From Stylophora pistillata (taxonomy: Eukaryota), in NCBI RefSeq assembly GCF_002571385.2, contig NW_019218252.1:4181-68180 (forward strand): DNA of 64,000 nucleotides, in the 5' to 3' direction. Numbering within the stretch: the stretch's first letter is position 1; each line of letters starts with the position of its first letter. The position numbers and the translations under genes are program-made. The notes beneath the pieces are model-generated. The model was not told the origin of the DNA. It saw only the letters and a program-made list of their open reading frames with translations, and made no database searches. This document shows, piece by piece, positions 61,262 to 64,000 of the stretch.

Positions 61262-64000
61262 AGTCATTCCTAGCGGGCTCGACTTTTCCTGGATTCTTTC
61301 TGTAAAAAGACCTGGATCGAGCTCCTAGATTTTTTTTTTTTTTTAAAGAATGAGCAGAGAACAAAGCTGATAGTTGTCCAAAATTTCACCAATATATGAT
61401 TATAATACGGTTTGGAGTTATGCTCTTAGTGGAACACTTTAAGGTCTTTTTGTTTACGTCGTAGCTCTCCAAAAAGGATATAAAAACAGGAAACGCTAAA
61501 AATAGCATGAACTGAGCCGACGTTTTGTTTTCGACGATCGGTTACAAAATAATTTACGTTCCCATTTTGAAATGCCCCACTGAACACGCCCTTGAAATGG
61601 AGTTTGGGCTAGACACAACTTCCAAGGTTATATATTACCGCGGTCAAAAAAGGGTTCGATCTTTCGTGACAATAACTTATTTTCCATCGTTAACTGAAGT
61701 TAAAAAAAACAACTGCAAATATGATTGATCTGCGTAGTTTGCTAAATACTTTTAACCGCAGCTATATTGTCGCGATGTTTCAACCACAAAACCTGCAAAG
61801 AACTCACAGACGGTCACACGAGAAGGCGAGAACTGAAGAGTATTCCAAACTGCGGAACTCAAGGTGACTGCTTAGATCCATTTCAATTTACAAATGTTTG
61901 CGTTGGAAAAAAAAAAACCTTTTTTGGAGGATGATTGTTTGTTTTAAACTGTATATGCAGCAACATCTTTGACATAGATCGTAAGAGGCCGGATCATGTG
62001 TCAATATTGATATGTTTTTCTTTTTTTCTCAGGGAATATAAGAAGTAACTTAGTGGCGTATATTAGCATGTGTTTACGCGCCTTCTTCACCCAGTCCTCT
62101 CCCCTTGATTTGAGAAAGTTTGTGCAATACCATTCACCACTGAACTCTGAAATTACGTGTAGCTCTTGTGATGGTACATTTATCAAGAGACCCCTTTTTC
62201 AGCTGTGCTTGTTTGTTTATTTTCCTTCCATTGCATGTTTTTGATATTCAATATTTTTGTAAGATGTTAAATTTGCATGAAAAGTAAACCCGCGTGTCAT
62301 AATGATGTGAAGTGAGTCAGGTGCAATATATTTAATGTCTCTTTACCCTTTTAATTATAAAAAAAAATAACAAACTCCAACTTCCTTGCTGTTCCCCACA
62401 GCACCTTACCTGTTTACCCTTCTCCCCCTCGCTTCTAGACAAAATAACCGCAGTAACAAAAGAACCAGCAGACAGGTTGAAGAAATTAATTCGTCCCTCT
62501 GTGAAAGTTTCCTATTTCGCCTTCTAGTTTTCCATTAAGAGGAGGCGAAATTAAAACCATCTCGTATCAGCTTTTGAGCAATGCGCGTCGAATTAAAGCC
62601 TCTTATTAAGTGACAATATTTTGAAACCCGCCCTCTTCCGAAAAGCGTTTGTCAGACAGTAAACAAAGTTCTGAAACAAGCGACTTCTTTTCACAAGTTG
62701 TGGAATTGAAATTTGCATCTGAGGTTCCTCGAGGACAAGGTCTCGTGACGGTAAGACAAAAACTGTCCGAAAGATCCAGTCCGTATCAGGGTAGAATCCA
62801 TTTTTCCTTTTTTTTAGCATTTTTATGTGATCGGTTTTAAAAATGCGATTTGCCTCCGGCTGATTGCGAGAAGTATCCGGTAAGGGGTAATTTTCGTCGA
62901 CCTCCTGGAGAAACTCATCAATTTATTCAACTTTGCATTTTATGCCAACTAATATCAGAAACGGTTTTAATGTGCACCGATTGTTATATCAAAAGTTTGA
63001 ATTCTACGTACCGGCACATCGATATCTAGTTCATTACAAGGATTGATGTTATTGCAATAAAATTTCGCGTTACAACGCGATGCTCGCGCGTGACTGACAC
63101 GCAATGAAATCTTATGGCGTTCCGAGTGCCGCTCTGTCGATTCCAATTTTTTATTGCTTTCTTGACAGCGTAGTTTCTCTGAGAGAATCTAGAAATTAAA
63201 AAAAAAATCGAAGGTTTGATCATAACTCACAAAGAAGAGTTGAGTAGAGAAAATGTCTTAATATTACACTCGATCTGGGAGGTATTCAGCAAACTCAAAC
63301 ATGCAGCTTTTATTCCTCAGAAATTTTCCGGAAAATATCCGTCATCTTCAATTGACGGTGAACAACATCGGACCTCCCTGGGACTAGTAAAAGAACGGGT
63401 GTTTTGTTTTAGCCCATCCAATAAACGAAATGTTAAACTGAATTTTAATGTTCTAAACTGTAAACAAGGTTTGTTAAGTACGAGCTGTTGGTAGTTGTTC
63501 GTCAATTGTTCGGGAACGTTGTGAGGGCCATGAATTCTGAATTAACTGACAACTGTCATTTTACGCCAGAAAACAATGGGAAATAGTGGTTCTCTGAGCA
63601 GCTATATGTTTTTAGTAAATCGCTGGGGTCCCTCACAGAAAGACCTTTTCTTTGTTTTTAAGTTACTCAAACAAAAGTTAGATGGCTCCCAGGTACAAAA
63701 TAACAACAACGCTCCTTCACAAACTTAGTGATTCTTTATGCTGATAATTTTGTTCTTTGGGTTCGAAATTCTCCTTAAAAAGGGGAGAAAAAGGAAAAGG
63801 TATTTCAGTTCTTTTATATGAACATTTTCCAGTCAGATGAAAGACAGAAACTAAAGGGCTTTTTTTTTTCGTTTATAGTTTCATTTCCTTTTTCGTAATC
63901 GTTCAGTCGGTGACTGCCGGCTTTCTTGACCTCAGTGTATGCAGTGTGGGTGTTTTCGTTCAAGAAAAAAATGATAGAGGTATTTTGTTGAGAACACCTA

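Noticed and set aside
61300-64000. Possible gene in the last 2.7 kb
   Set aside because: No ORF with recognisable motifs or consistent exon chain; treated as intergenic.

Overview
AT-rich, intron-rich animal genomic DNA. The gene families and repeat content point to a stony coral; a pocilloporid assignment is inference only. Genes assembled by hand from splice signals, in order: two tandem 2-exon BTB-BACK-Kelch genes (-); a C19orf25/UPF0449 homolog (-) head-to-head with a 23-exon MSH3 (+); a tandem pair of signal-peptide, single-thioredoxin-domain (PDI-like) genes with atypical CXXC and no ER-retention signal (+); two 14-exon GH27 alpha-N-acetylgalactosaminidase paralogs (-); and an uncharacterised ~900-aa coiled-coil, K/E-rich gene (+). 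The 7.3-kb MSH3 intron 16 hosts an intact GPCR, a GPCR pseudogene and a LINE fragment. Main observations: (1) five otherwise intact genes each carry one ORF-breaking lesion, including a TGA at a Cys-aligned codon of MSH3, and assembly error cannot be excluded; (2) a decayed Helitron-like element couples a 2A ribosome-skipping motif to a herpes-tegument-type deubiquitinase domain; (3) MSH3 keeps a U12-type intron at the position of the mammalian AT-AC intron, here GT-AG; (4) the predicted secreted thioredoxin pair has unusual Gln/Tyr/Pro/Trp-rich tails; (5) there is a 103-bp-arm palindromic insertion and a compact CCAAT-CCAAT-CHR bidirectional promoter. Homolog comparisons are from memory; no searches were run.
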